Below are positions 40,582 to 53,287 of a stretch of DNA of 64,000 nt, piece by piece (positions within the stretch are counted from its first letter, which is position 1; each line of letters opens with the position of its first letter). The position numbers and the translations under genes were made by a program. Below the pieces are notes generated by a model that did no database searches, was not told the DNA's origin, and saw nothing but the letters and a program-made list of their open reading frames with translations. Source of the stretch: Squalus acanthias (lineage: Eukaryota); the NCBI GenBank assembly GCA_030390025.1, contig CM059438.1:54314001-54378000 (forward strand). The letters are read 5' to 3'.

Positions 40582-42147
40582 TCATGTCCAATTTCCAACC
40601 CGCTCCCCGTAACCCCTGATTCCCTTTACTTCTAGGAAACGGTCTATTTCTGTTTTAAATTTATTTAATGAAGTAGCTTCCACAGCTTCCTGGGGTAGCA
40701 AATTCCACAGACCCACTACCCTCTGAGTGAAAAAGTTTCTCCTCATCTCAGTTTTGAAAGAGGAGCCACTTATTGTAAGATTATGTCCCCTAGTTCTAGT
40801 TTCACCCATCATTGGGAACATCCTCACCGCGTCCACCCGATCAAGCCCCTTCACAATCTTATATGTTTCAATAAGATCGCCTCTCATTCTTCTGAACTCC
40901 AATGAGTAGAGTCCCAATCTACTCAACCTCTCCTCGTATGTCCACCCCCTCATCCCCGGAATTAACCGAATGAACCTTCTTTGTACTGCCTCGAGAGCAA
41001 GTATGTCTTTTCTTAAGTATGGACACCAAAACTGTATGCAGTACTCCAGGTGCGGTCTCACCAATACCCTATACAACTGCAGCAATACCTCCCTGTTTTT
41101 ATATTCTATCCCCCTAGCAATAAAAGCCAACATTCCATTGGCCTTCTTGATCACCTGCTGCACCTGCATACTAACTTTTTGATTTTCTTGCACCAAGACC
41201 CCCAGATCCCTTTGTACTGCAGTACTTTCCAGTTTCTCGCCATTAAGATAATAACTTGCTCTCTGATTTTTCCTGCCAAACTGCATAACCTCACATTTTC
41301 CAATATTGTATTGCATCTGCCAAATCTCTGCCCACTCACCCAGCCTGTCTATATCCCCTTGTAGGTTTTTTATGTCCTCCTCACTCTCTACTTTCCCTCC
41401 CATCTTTGTATCATCTGCAAACTTTGATATGTTACACTCGGTCCCCTCCTCCAAATCGTTAATATAGATTGTAAAGAGTTGGGGACCCAGCACCGACCCC
41501 TGCAGAACACCACTGGCTACTGGCTGCCAGTCCGAGAATGAACCATTTATCCCAACTCTCTGCTTCATGTTAGATAACCAATCCTCCACCCATGCCAGAA
41601 TATTACCCCCAATCCAGTGATTTTTTATCTTGAGTAATAATCTTTTATGTGGCACCTTGTCGAATGCCTTCTGGAAGTCTAAATACACTACATCCACTGG
41701 TTCCCCTTTATCCACCCTGTACGTTATGTCCTCAAAGAACTCGAGCAAATTTGTCAGACATGACTTCCCCTTCATAAAGCCATGCTGACTTTGTCCTATT
41801 AAATTATGTTTATCTAAATGTTCCGTTACTGTCTCCTTAATAATAGACTCCAAAATTTTACCCACCACAGATGTTAGGCTAACTGGTCTATAATTTCCAG
41901 CCTTCTGCCTACAACCCTTTTTAAATAAGGGTGTTACATTAGCAGTTTTCCAGTCTGCCGGGACCTTTGCTGAGTTCAGGGAGTTTTGGAAAATTATTAC
42001 CAAAGCATCCACAATTCCTATTGCCACTTCCCTCAAGACCCTAGGATGTAAGCCATCAGTTCCAGGGGATTTATCCGCCTTGAGTCCCATTATTTTACTG
42101 AGTACCAATTCCTTAGTGATTTTAATCGTATTTAGCTCCTCCCCCAC
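40582..42147 (-). CDS. CR1 ORF2 reverse transcriptase region, 521 aa uninterrupted (fragment of truncated element)
   Basis: YLDFQKAFDKVPH, QGSVLGP, KFADDTK, RPHLEYC; no stops. Confidence 0.85.
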   Translation of the reverse strand: MGEELNTIKITKELVLSKIMGLKADKSPGTDGLHPRVLREVAIGIVDALVIIFQNSLNSAKVPADWKTANVTPLFKKGCRQKAGNYRPVSLTSVVGKILESIIKETVTEHLDKHNLIGQSQHGFMKGKSCLTNLLEFFEDITYRVDKGEPVDVVYLDFQKAFDKVPHKRLLLKIKNHWIGGNILAWVEDWLSNMKQRVGINGSFSDWQPVASGVLQGSVLGPQLFTIYINDLEEGTECNISKFADDTKMGGKVESEEDIKNLQGDIDRLGEWAEIWQMQYNIGKCEVMQFGRKNQRASYYLNGEKLESTAVQRDLGVLVQENQKVSMQVQQVIKKANGMLAFIARGIEYKNREVLLQLYRVLVRPHLEYCIQFWCPYLRKDILALEAVQRRFIRLIPGMRGWTYEERLSRLGLYSLEFRRMRGDLIETYKIVKGLDRVDAVRMFPMMGETRTRGHNLTISGSSFKTEMRRNFFTQRVVGLWNLLPQEAVEATSLNKFKTEIDRFLEVKGIRGYGERVGNWT

Positions 42148-42184
42148 TAGAGCCCCCTGTTTGTCCAGTGTTGGGATATTCTTA

Positions 42185-42957
42185 GGGGGAAAAATTCAGC
42201 TGCTTGCGCCTCCCGTTAGCGCCTTAAGAGGGCGCTAATGGGGCGTAAAGCAGCTAACGCCCGGGCGCAGCGCCGCCCACGCCTCCCGAAAAATTTAGTG
42301 GGAGGTTAGCGGCGGCGGCATCCGGTAGCGCCCTGTGGCGCTGCGCCGCCGGCGATGACGTCATCGCCGTGCACAGCACCCCGCTCGCGCCCCGGCCGTG
42401 ATCTTCAGTCGCGCCCCCTGATTTACCGCCAGACGCTATGTCCGACGGGTTCAGGGAGGCGTACGTGCGGCCGGGGCGGCGATATTTAAAGGGGAGGTGG
42501 CAGGCGGCCATTTTTGTTGCTGGCCGCCTGCCAGCACCTGCCCCCGTTGCTGTCCCCGGCCCCCGTGAAGCCCCCCCACCGTGAAGTGCCGGCTGCGCTC
42601 CAAGAGCCCGGCACTTCTCTTGAGTGCCGGGCTCTTTTGCCGGCACTCCCGATCCCTGGGGGCCCAGCTGGGCCCCGGTTCGCGCTGCGCAGGGTCCCTC
42701 CCCTTTAAGAAGGGGAGGAAGGCCTGCAATACCGCAGCGCGACGTGCCGCAGCGCGTGGCGCTGCGGCACGTAGCGCCAGGATATTCACTCGCAGCGCCC
42801 CAAGAGGGATACGGGGTGCTTCCAGTGGCGCCCCGCTTCCCTCTTGGGGCGCAACCACTGAAGTTCCAGCGCGGGGCCGCTAATTTTTTCGGGGCGCTAA
42901 AAGTCGCGCCCCGGCGAGGTTAGCGCCCCAAATGGGGCGCGACTCAATTTTTACCCC
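42185..42957. mobile_element. GC-rich PIF/Harbinger-type MITE, TSD TTA
   Basis: TIRs GGGGGAAAAATTCAG / CTCAATTTTTACCCC. TTA at 42182-42184 and 42958-42960. The host CR1 is split cleanly. Confidence 0.9.
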
Positions 42958-43899
42958 TTAGTGTCCTCTACCGTAAAGACTGAAACAAAATATTTGTTCA
43001 GCATTTTTGCCATCTCCATGTTTCCCACCATTAATTTCCCGGTCTCATCCTCTAAGGGACCTACGTTTGCCTTAGCCACCCTTTTTCTTTTTATATAACT
43101 ATAGAAACTCTTGCTATCTGTTTTTATATTTTTTGCTAATTTATTTTCATATTGACTACATTAGTTCTGCTTCACAAGAGCAGATCGTATATCTGCAGCA
43201 ATATATAGGGCAGACTTACTCTTGAAATATATTTCTAACAATTTGTTTGACAAGACTACCCCAGGAGAAGCGTATTCAGTAATAAAAGCATTGCAAGTAA
43301 ATATTAAAACATTTTTATTGCACTTTTGAAAACTCTTGAGACTAAAGAAGCAATTAAATCTGAGCCTCTGACAGGAAACTTCTTTACTTTTCTTGTATTA
43401 TTGCAGTGATAGACTAGTGCGATTGTCCTGTACTTTACAGAGACAAAATTACAAAGCTCTGCTGCTGGTGTGGAACCTCATGAGAGACGCTGGCAGGGCA
43501 CAGAACCAGGCTGTATGCCTGTTGCATAGCTTCCGTTTCAGCCTTCATATGTCTGCTGTAAAATTAAGAGAGTTGCTGATCTCAGCTGTGCTGTAAGGAG
43601 GAGATATGGGGACCTTAGTCCCATTCCCCTGCCCTTTCCCCATTCGGCCCATCGTGCCCTGCCCTCTCTCTGAGAGCTATCACCTTACTCCCATTCTCCT
43701 GTCCTGTTAAATTTTCTTTTTCAGATATTTATCCACTTGCTGTTTAAAAGCTTTAAAAGGTTTCTATTTTATGAATCAACCTCCAATGGGCCTCTGGGAG
43801 AACGGAGGTGCAGCTTGCTATATAAATGTGAGTGCGTAGCACACACAAACATCTCTGGCATTGTCCTCCCAACACCTGGGAAAACAGTACTGCAACTTT

Positions 43900-44267
43900 C
43901 TTAGGCAGTCCCTCGGAACCGAGGATGACTTGCTTCCACATTAAAATTGAGTTCTCAGGTGACTGATGAGTCCAATGCGGGACCTACAGTCTCTGTCACA
44001 GGTGGGGCAGACGGTGGTTGAAGGGGCGGGTGGGTGGGGTGCTTGGGTTGACGTGCGCTCCTTGCGCTGCCTGCGCTTGGCTTCCGCTTGCTCCCGGCGA
44101 AGAGACTCGAGGTGTTCGGCACCTTCCCGGATGCTTCTCCTCCACTTTGTGCGGTCTTGGGCCAGGGATTCCCAGGTGTCGGTGGGGATGTTACACTTTT
44201 TCAAGGAGGCTTTGAGGGTGTCCTTGAAGCGTTTCCTCTGCCCACCTGGGGCTCTCTTGCCGTGCCT
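43900..44267 (-). mobile_element. RTE (BovB-like) 3' fragment with 9-bp TSD
   Basis: Nearly identical to 32238-32606. TGCAACTTT at 43891-43899 and 44268-44276. Confidence 0.95.
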
Positions 44268-45029
44268 TGCAACTTTAAAGTACCTTCAGAGGGCCAGAAT
44301 ATTGTTCCTCTTGAGTAGTGATTGCTGGAGCTATTCAAGGGTATTTGCTAATTCAAGGCTGAATTGTGTGCTAATGTGGCAGTTTCAGTTGGCTGTCTGA
44401 GATACCTTCTACCAGAGAAACCAATTCCATTCAATGGATTCCATTGAATGATATAAAGATAAGTTTATGTGGAGAGTGATGGGAAATGACATTTTTGGAG
44501 AATTCTCATTTGTACATCAAATGGATTGATGCATAAAACCATACAGTGACAAATAACTGTCACCGTGCTCATACTCTAGATCTGTCCTTCTAGTGTACAA
44601 ATTATCTTGCTTCAAGGAGAAAATAAGACACTCTACATGAAGCTACCTGCTGTTGAGTTGACCCCAAGGAGGGGCAGTTACACCTTTGGCCCTGGCCACT
44701 GCTTTATAAGAAATAGGAACAGGGGTAGGCCATACAGCCCCTCGATCCTACTTATGGATAAGGTAGAGCTGCTGATTGGCAAATTGCCAGGTGAATGTTT
44801 AATGCGCTTATACTATATTCTAATGTGCACTATTTTTACACAGGCAATAAAACTACTTAAAACAAAAGGGTCAACACATGCAGACAAACAGCACTCACAG
44901 GACTGCAGTCCGATCATGTTCAATGTTCATGCATGAACTACATTAATTTGAAGTTCTACCCAAATAATCTGTATCCTCCAGTAACCTCTGACATCCCTCC
45001 TCACTGTTTCCATTCCCATCATCCGTGAC

Positions 45030-47935
45030 CTCCTACAGTCGCCCTCAGATACTCCTACAGTCCCAGTCCCACTCCCCCCCTCAGATACTCCTACAGTCCC
45101 ACTCCCCCCCTCAGATACTCCTACAGTCCCACTCCCCCCCCTCAGATACTCCTACAGTCCCAGTCCCACTCCCCCCCTCAGATACTACTACAGTCCCACT
45201 TCCCCCCGCAGATACTCCTACAGTCCCACTTCCCCCCGCAGATACTCCTACAGTCCCACTTCCCCCCGCAGATACTCCTACAGTCCCACTTCCCCCCCCA
45301 GATACTCCTACAGTCCCACTCCCCCCCTCAGATACTCCTACAGTCCCCCCCGTCAGATACTCCTACAGTCCCCCCCTCAGATACTCCTACAGTCCCCCCC
45401 TCAGATACTCCTACAGTCCCCCCCCTCAGATACTCCTACAGTCCCACTCCCCCCCTCAGATACTCCGACAGTCCCCCCCCCTCAGATACCCCTACAGTCC
45501 CACTCCCCCCTTCAGATACTCCTACAGTCCCCCCTCAGATACTCCTACAGTCCCCCCTCAGATACTCCTACAGTCCCCCCCCCTGAGATACTCCTACAGT
45601 CCCACTGCCCCCCCTCAGATACTCCTACAGTCCCACTCTCCCCCGCAGATACTCCTACAGTCCCACTGCCCCCCCTCAGATACTCCTACAGTCCCACTCT
45701 CCCCCGCAGATACTCCTACAGTCCCACTTCCCCCCGCAGATACTCCTACAGTCCCACTTCCCCCCGCAGATACTCCTACAGTCCCACTTCCCCCCGCAGA
45801 TACTCCTACAGTCCCACTTCCCCCCGCAGATACTCCTACAGTCCCACTTCCCCCCGCAGATACTCCTACAGTCCCACTTCCCCCCCCAGATACTCCTACA
45901 GTCCCACTCCCCCCCTCAGATACTCCTTCACTCCCCCCCTCAGATACTCCTACAGTCCCCCCCTCAGATACTCCTACAGTCCCCCCCTCAGATACTCCTA
46001 CAGTCCCCCCTCAGATACCCCTACACTCCCCCCCCTCAGATACTCCTACAGTCCCCCCCTCAGATACTCCTACACTCCCCCCCCCTCAGATACTCCTACA
46101 GTCCCCCCCCTCAGATACTCCTACAGTCCCCCCCCTCAGATACTCCGACAGTCCCCCCTCAGATACCCCTACAGTCCCACTCCCCCCCTCAGATACTCCT
46201 ACAGTCCCACTCCCCCCCTCAGATACTCCTACAGTCCCCCCCCTCAGATACTCCTACACTCCCCCCCTCAGATACTCCTACAGTCCCCCCCTCAGATACT
46301 CCTACACTCCCCCCCTCAGATACTCCTACAGTCCCCCCCTCAGATACTCCTACAGTCCCCCCCTCAGATACTCCTACAGTCCCCCCCCTCAGATACTCCT
46401 ACAGTCCCACTCCCCCCCTCAGATACTCCGACAGTCCCCCCCCCTCAGATACCCCTACAGTCCCCCCTTCAGAGACTCCTACAGTCCCCCCTCAGATACT
46501 CCTACAGTCCCCCCTCAGATACTCCTACAGTCCCCCCCCCTGAGATACTCCTACAGTCCCACTGCCCCCCCTCAGATACTCCTACAGTCCCACTCTCCCC
46601 CGCAGATACTCCTACAGTCCCACTGCCCCCCCTCAGATACTCCTACAGTCCCACTCTCCCCCGCAGATACTCCTACAGTCCCACTTCCCCCCGCAGATAC
46701 TCCTACAGTCCCACTTCCCCCCGCAGATACTCCTACAGTCCCACTTCCCCCCGCAGATACTCCTACAGTCCCACTTCCCCCCCCCAGATACTCCTACAGT
46801 CCCACTCCCTGCCCCTCAGATACTCCTACAGTCCCACTCCCCCCCCTCAGATACTCCTACAGTCCCCCCCTCAGATACTCCTACAGTCCCCCCCTCAGAT
46901 ACTCCTACAGTCCCACTCCCTCAGATACTCCTACACTCCCCCCCCTCAGATACTCCTACAGTCCCCCCCCTCAGATACTCCTACAGTCCCCCCCTCAGAT
47001 ACTCCTACAGTCCCCCCTCAGATACCCCTACAGTCCCACTCCCCCCCTCAGATACTCCTACAGTCCCACTCCCCCCCTCAGATACTCCTACACTCCCCCC
47101 CCCTCAGATACTCCTACAGTCCCCCCCCTCAGATACTCCTACAGTCCCCCCCTCAGATACTCCGACAGTCCCCCCTCAGATACCCCTACAGTCCCACTCC
47201 CCCCCTCAGATACTCCTACAGTCCCCCCTCAGATACTCCTACAGTCCCCCCTCCTCAGATACTCCTACAGTCCCACTCCCCCCCTCAGATACTCCTACAG
47301 TCCCACTCCCCCCCTCAGATACTCCTACAGTCCCACTCCCCCTCTCAGATACTCCTACAGTCCCCCCCCTCAGATACTCCTACAGTCCCCCCTCCTCAGA
47401 TACTCCTACAGTCCCACTCCCCCCCTCAGATACTCCTACAGTCCCACTCCCCCTCTCAGATACTCCTACAGTCCCCCCCCTCAGATACTCCTACAGTCCC
47501 CCCCTCAGATACTCCGACAGTCCCCCCCCTCAGATACCCCTACAGTCCCACTCCCCCCCTCAGATACTCCTACAGTCCCCCCTCAGATACTCCTACAGTC
47601 CCCCCCTCAGATACTCCTACAGTCCCCCCCCCTCAGATACTCCTACAGTCCCACTCCCCCCCCCTCAGATACTCCTACAGTCCCACTCCCCCCCTCAGAT
47701 ACTCCTACAGTCCCACTCTCCCCTCAGATACTCCTACAGTCCCACTCCCCCCTCAGATACTCCTACACTCCCCCCCTCAGATACTCCTACAGTCCCCCCC
47801 TCAGATACTCCTACAGTCCCCCCCTCAGATACTCCTACAGTCCCACTCCCCCCCTCAGATACTCCTACAGTCCCACTCGCCCCTCAGATACTCCTACAGT
47901 CCCACTCCCCCCCTCAGATACTCCTACAGTCCGAC
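45030..47935. repeat. C-rich minisatellite CAGATACTCCTACAGTCCC(ACT)C(n)T, units ~23-36 bp
   Basis: About 100 copies of a near-invariant core with variable C tracts. Confidence 0.98.
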
Positions 47936-48094
47936 TCTTCCCCCTCCCCTCAGTCTCTCCCCAGACTAATGCCATTTCCGTGTTCTCTCCTCAGACTAAT
48001 CCCAATTCTGTGCTACCTCCTCTTTCCTTTCTATATTTCCTTTCTTTCAGTTATTATCCAGTGCCTTGTTGAATGCTATACTCGAATTAACAAT

Positions 48095-50732
48095 CAGTTT
48101 GGGTGGAGCTAAGAAATGGCAAAGGGCGGAAAACATTGGTGGGAGTTGTGTATAGGCCACCAAACAGTAGTGGTAATGTAGGGCACAATATCAATCAAGA
48201 AATTAGAAGTGCATGTAACAAGGGCAATACGGTAATCATGGCGGACTTTAATCTACATATTGACTGGGCAAATCAAATTACCACTAATGGTGTGGAGGAC
48301 GAATTCTTGGAATGCATGCGAGATGGTTACCTGGATCAGTGTGGAGGAACCAACCAGGGAACAGGCTATTCTGGATCTGGTACTACGTAATGAGAAAGGG
48401 CTAATCAATAATCTTGTGGTAAAGGGGCCTTTAGGGACAAGTGACCATAATATGATTGAATTTTACATTAAGTTTGAGGGTGATGTAGTCCAATCTGAAA
48501 CTACGGTCTTCAATCTAAACAGAGGAAACTACAAGGGTATGACGGACAAGTTGGCCATGGTAGATTGGGAGACTACACTAAAAGGTATGAAGGTGGACAT
48601 ACAATGGCTAACATTCAAGGAAATAATGCATCATTTGCAACAAACATATATTCCTCTAGGGCATAAAAACCCAAAAGGAAAAGTGATCCAACCATGGCTA
48701 ACAAAAGAAATTAAAGCTTGTATTAAGTCAAAGGAGGAAGCTTATAAAGTTGCCAGAAAAAGTGGTCAGCCTGAGGATTGGGATCTTTTTAGAAATCAGC
48801 AAAGGGGGACCAAGAAATTGATAAAGAAAGGGAAAATGGAATATGAGCACAAACTAGCGAAAACTATAAAAACAGATTGTAAAAGCTTCTATAGGTATGT
48901 GAAAAGGAAAAGACTGGCGAAGGTAAATGTAGGTCCTTTACAGTCAGAGACGGGAGAATTTATAATGGGGAATGAGGAAATGGCAGAGAAATTAAATAAA
49001 TACTTTGTTTCTGTCTTCACGGAGGAAGACACAAAAAACCTCCCAGAAATACGAGAAACCCAAGGGTGTGGCGAGAATGAGGAACTTAAAGAAATTATTA
49101 TTAGTAAAAAAACAGTAGTAACAAAATGAATGGGACTAAAAGTCGATAAATCCCAAGGACCGGATGATCTACATCCTAGGGTTTTGAAAGAGGTGGCCAT
49201 TGTGATAGTGGACGCATTGGTTGTCATCTTCCAAAATTCTATAGATTCTGGAACGGTTCCTGCAGATTGGAGGATAGCAAATGTAACCCCGCTATTTAAG
49301 AAAGGAGGGAGAGAGAACACGGGGAACTACAGACCTGTTAGCCTCACATCAGTAGTTGGGAAAATGCTGGAATCTATTATAAAGGATGCAATAACTGGGC
49401 ACTTAGAAACTAATAGTAAGATTGGGCAGAGTCAACATGGATTTATGAAAGGGAAATCCTGTTTGACAAACCTATTGGAGTTCTTTGAGGATGTAACTAG
49501 TGGAGTAGACAAAGGGGAACCGGTAGATGTGGTGTATTTGGATTTTCAGAAGGCCTTCGATAAGGTCCCACACAAGAGGTTAGTGAACAAAATTAGGGCA
49601 CATGGAATTGCGGGTAATATACTAGCATGGATTGAGAATTGGTTAACAGACAGAAAACAAAGAGTAGGGATAAACGGGTCTTTTTCAGGATGGCAGGCTG
49701 TGACTAGTGGGGTACCGCAAGGATCGGTGCTCGGGCCCCAGCTATTCACAATCTATATCAATGATTTGGATGAGGGGACTAAATGTAACATTTCCAAATT
49801 TGCTGATGATACAAAGCTAGGTGGCAGTGTCAGTTGCGAAGAGGACGTGAAGAGGCTTCAAGGGGATCTCAACAGGCTCAGTGAGTGGGTGAGAACATGG
49901 CAGATGGAATATAATGTGGATAAATGTGAAGTTATCCACTTTGGTAGAAAAAACAGAAAGGCAGAGTATTTCCTAAATGGTGAAAGATTGGGGAATGCAG
50001 ATGCTCAAAGGGACTTGGGTGTCCTTGTACATGAGTCACTGAAAGTGAATGTGCAGGTGCAGCAAGCCATTAGGAAGGCAAATGGTATGCTGGCCTTCAT
50101 TACAAGAGGATTTGAGTACAGGAGTAAAGAAGTCTTACTCCAATTATATAGGGCCTTGGTGAGACCACACCTGGAGTACTGTGTACAATTTTGGTCTCCT
50201 TACCTGAGGAAGGATATACTTGGCATAGAGGGAGTGCAACGAAGGTTCACGAAATTGATTCCTGGGATGGCAGGACTGTCGTATCAGAAGAGATTGAGTA
50301 AACTAGGCCTGTATTCTCTTGAATTCAGAAGAATGAGAGGGGATCTCATTGAAGCATGCAAAATTATTACAGGGCTTGATAGGGTGGATGCTGGGAGAAT
50401 GTTTACCTTGGCTGGGGAGTCTAGAACCAGGGGCCACACCCTCAGGATAAAAGGGTAGGCCATTCAGGACTGAGATGAGAAGAAATTTCTTCACACAGAG
50501 GGTGGTGAATCTTTGGAATTCTCTACCCCAGAGGGCTGTGGAGGCTTAGTCATTGGGTATATTCAAAACAGAAGTCGATAGATTTCTGACTAGTAAAGGC
50601 ATCAAGGGATATGGCGATAGGGCCGGTGAATGGAATTGAGGCAGAAGATCAGCCATGATCTCATTGAATGGCGGAGCAGGCTCGAAGGGCCGAATGGCCT
50701 ACTCCTGCTCCTATTTCTTATGTTTTTATGTA
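48095..50732 (+). mobile_element. CR1 LINE ORF2 (endonuclease to RT) and 3' UTR, 5'-truncated, disrupted
   Basis: ORFs 48103-48390, 48260-49129 and 49130-50458 (442 aa, KFADDTK). Tail TTCTTATGTTTTTATG. Confidence 0.95.
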
Positions 50733-51423
50733 ACATCAATCATCACTTGTGACATAACATTTACCATTGTGTGAAAATGTTCACTCTCATCTGTCCTTTA
50801 TATTTCGAGTGCTTAACTTTAGACCTGTCTTCGATGTGCCCACCAGTGGAAACAATTGACTATGTCTAGTGCTTTTATCATTTTGAACATGTTTTTCAAA
50901 TGCTTCGTTGAGCTCCTCAGTTCAAGAGAAGTTTTCTTGGTTCACTGATTTTAGTAAAATAGTCAGTGCGGGTTAGTTGGTCTGCTCTATACTCGCTCTG
51001 ATGTTTTCACTAATTGTACCTGCATACTAGTAACTGCTATTGAAAGCTGGAGAGGACAGTCAGATTAACAGGAGCAGATGTGTTTTTAATTCATATGGAT
51101 TTCCTCTCTCAGTCCATGAAAGATGCTGCAGTTCATTCCATACAAGGAAATGATGCAGATGTAGAAATGTGATATTAACAAACCAGATTCCAGGATGTTC
51201 TTCGAGCCAGCTAAATTATGTTGGACTGAATTCCAAATACATTTTTGTATCAAATGACAGAATCAGTGCTAGTGGAATTGCTCTTTTAATATATATATTT
51301 TGAAATGATTAATTAAAATAAGCAGTGAAGTAAGCCAGAAACAGACTCCCTTTTTTGGTATTTAAAATGGTTTCCCTCAGTTACCATGCTGAAGTAGACA
51401 CTTGAAGAATCTGATGAGACAAA

Positions 51424-53287
51424 GGGGGAGATTTTCAAGTCAGTCCCAAAACGGGCAGTGATATCACGGCCACAGTCAGAAACCCTGAACCATTTTCAGT
51501 TACATTTTACCTGCGGCACCAAATGGACGCCTACTGCAGCTTGCCAGTTAGGAGCAGTGGAAAATCGTCTGACTTCTGCACAGTGCCAACTGGTAGTGGA
51601 GGGCTTGAGGGTGAGAATGGGCTGGCAGTGGGCCTGTTGGAAGGGGAGGGGAGGGAGAACAGGCTGGCAGTGGGCCTGTTGGAGGGGAGGGAGAACGGGC
51701 TGGCAGTGGGCCTGTTGGAGGGGAGGGAGAACAGGCTGGCAGTGGGCCTGTTGGAGGGGAGGGAGAACGGGCTGGCAGTGGGCCTGTTGGAGGGGAGGGA
51801 GAACAGGCTGGCAGTGGGCCTGTTGGAGGGGAGGGAGAAGAGGCTGGCAGTGGGCCTGTTGGAGGGGAGGGGAGGGAGAACAGGCTGGCAGTGGGCCTGT
51901 TGGAGGGGAGGGAGAATGGGCTGGCAGTGGGCCTGTTGGAGGGGAGGGAGAACGGGCTGGCAGTGGGCCTGTTGGAGGGGAGGGAGAACGGGCTGGCAGT
52001 GGGCCTGTTGGAGGGGAGGGAGAACAGGCTGGCAGTGGGCCTGTTGGAGGGGAGGGAGAACGGGCTGGCAGTGGGCCTGTTGGAGGGGAGGGGAGGGAGA
52101 ACAGGCTGGCAGTGGGCCTGTTGGAGGGGAGGGAGAATGGGCTGGCAGTGGGCCTGTTGGAGGGGAGGGAGAACGGGCTGGCAGTGGGCCTGTTGGAGGG
52201 GAGGGAGAACGGGCTGGCAGTGGGCCTGTTGGAGGGGAGGGAGAAGAGGCTGGCAGTGGGCCTGTTGGAGGGGAGGGGAGGGAGAACAGGCTGGCAGTGG
52301 GCCTGTTGGAGGGGAGGGAGAACAGGCTGGCAGTGGGCCTGTTGGAGGGGAGGGAGAACAGGCTGGCAGTGGGCCTGTTGGAGTGGAGGGAGAACGGGCT
52401 GGCAGTGGGCCTGTTGGAGGGGAGGGAGAACGGGCTGGCAGTGGGCCTGTTGGAGGGGAGGGAGAACGGGCTGGCAGTGGGCCTGTTGGAGGGGAGGGAG
52501 AACGGGCTGGCAGTGGGCCTGGTGGAGGGGAGGAGAACGGGCTGGCAGTGGGCCTGTTGGAGTGGAGGGGGTAGCATGACAACTTCTCATCTTACAAAAA
52601 TCTTAAAAATGAAGCAGAAACTTCCATTTTTTGAGCAGCCTGTTGGAGGGGAGGGAGAACGGGCTGGCAGTGGGCCTGTTGGAGCGGAGGGAGAACGGGC
52701 TGGCAGTGGGCCTGTTGGAGGGGAGGGAGAACGGGCTGGCAGTGGGCCTGTTGGAGGGGAGGGAGAAGAGGCTGGCAGTGGGCCTGTTGGAGGGGAAGGG
52801 AGGGAGAACAGGCTGGCAGTGGGCCTGTTGGAGTGGAGGGGGTAGCATGACAACTTCTCACCTTACAAAAATCTTAAAAATGAAGCAGAAACTTCCATTT
52901 TTTGAGCAGCCTGTTGGAGGGGAGGGAGAACGGGCTGGCAGTGGGCCTGTTGGAGGGGAGGGAGAACAGGCTGGCAGTGGGCCTGTTGGAGGGGAGTTAG
53001 ACTGTTCAACTCCTGAAAGAACTGTGACTGGTATACACTTCGCATGCTCCACCCATTTCTCCATACAAATTGTAATTCAGGTCCTACAAATGGCATAAGA
53101 CTCCGATTTGCGTATTTAAACAGCCTCCCGCCTCTATGGGCAGGAGTGTTGAGCGCCCATTTAAAGACCTGCCTGAAAATTGAATAAAGTGGGTAAATGG
53201 CTGCACAAGGTCCCCTCCAGATTTTTCTCTGCCGGTTGCCCGGTTTTCAGGCGAGAAACAGACAGCTGGTAGATGGAAATGGTCCCC
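51424..53287. mobile_element. Degenerate MITE-like element hosting a minisatellite
   Basis: Left GGGGGAGATTTTC and right GAAATGGTCCCC form an imperfect inverted pair like the other GGGG-ended MITEs. No TSD recognisable. Confidence 0.5.
51613..52996. repeat. 36-bp G-rich minisatellite GGGCTGGCAGTGGGCCTGTTGGAGGGGAGGGAGAAC
   Basis: About 33 units with 41-bp variants. A ~67-bp AT-rich interruption occurs twice (52571 and 52842). Confidence 0.97.

Larger units (their letters stand above)
40388..43152 (-). mobile_element. 5'-truncated CR1 LINE with duplicated 3' end, interrupted by a MITE
   Basis: (ACATAAGA)n tail at 40388 and a 521-aa RT ORF. CR1 sequence GGGATATTCTTA|GTGTCCTC is rejoined across the MITE. 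Confidence 0.95.

Noticed and set aside
42254..42923. GC-rich ORFs / CpG-island promoter of a gene
   Set aside because: Entirely inside a TIR/TSD-bounded MITE. The ORFs reflect scarcity of stop codons.
43441..43483. DKITKLCCWCGTS* after an AG, like a Cys-rich tetraspanin tail
   Set aside because: Wrong phase for joining to 38941, and it lacks the rest of TM4.
45025..48072. 1015-aa extensin/mucin-like ORF
   Set aside because: Translation of a stop-free minisatellite. The peptide switches between three repeat registers with C-tract length, and it starts at GTG.
51458..53098. Overlapping 200-440-aa ORFs (GWQWACWRG, AGSGPVGG)
   Set aside because: The 36-bp unit is open in all six frames, so these are artefacts.
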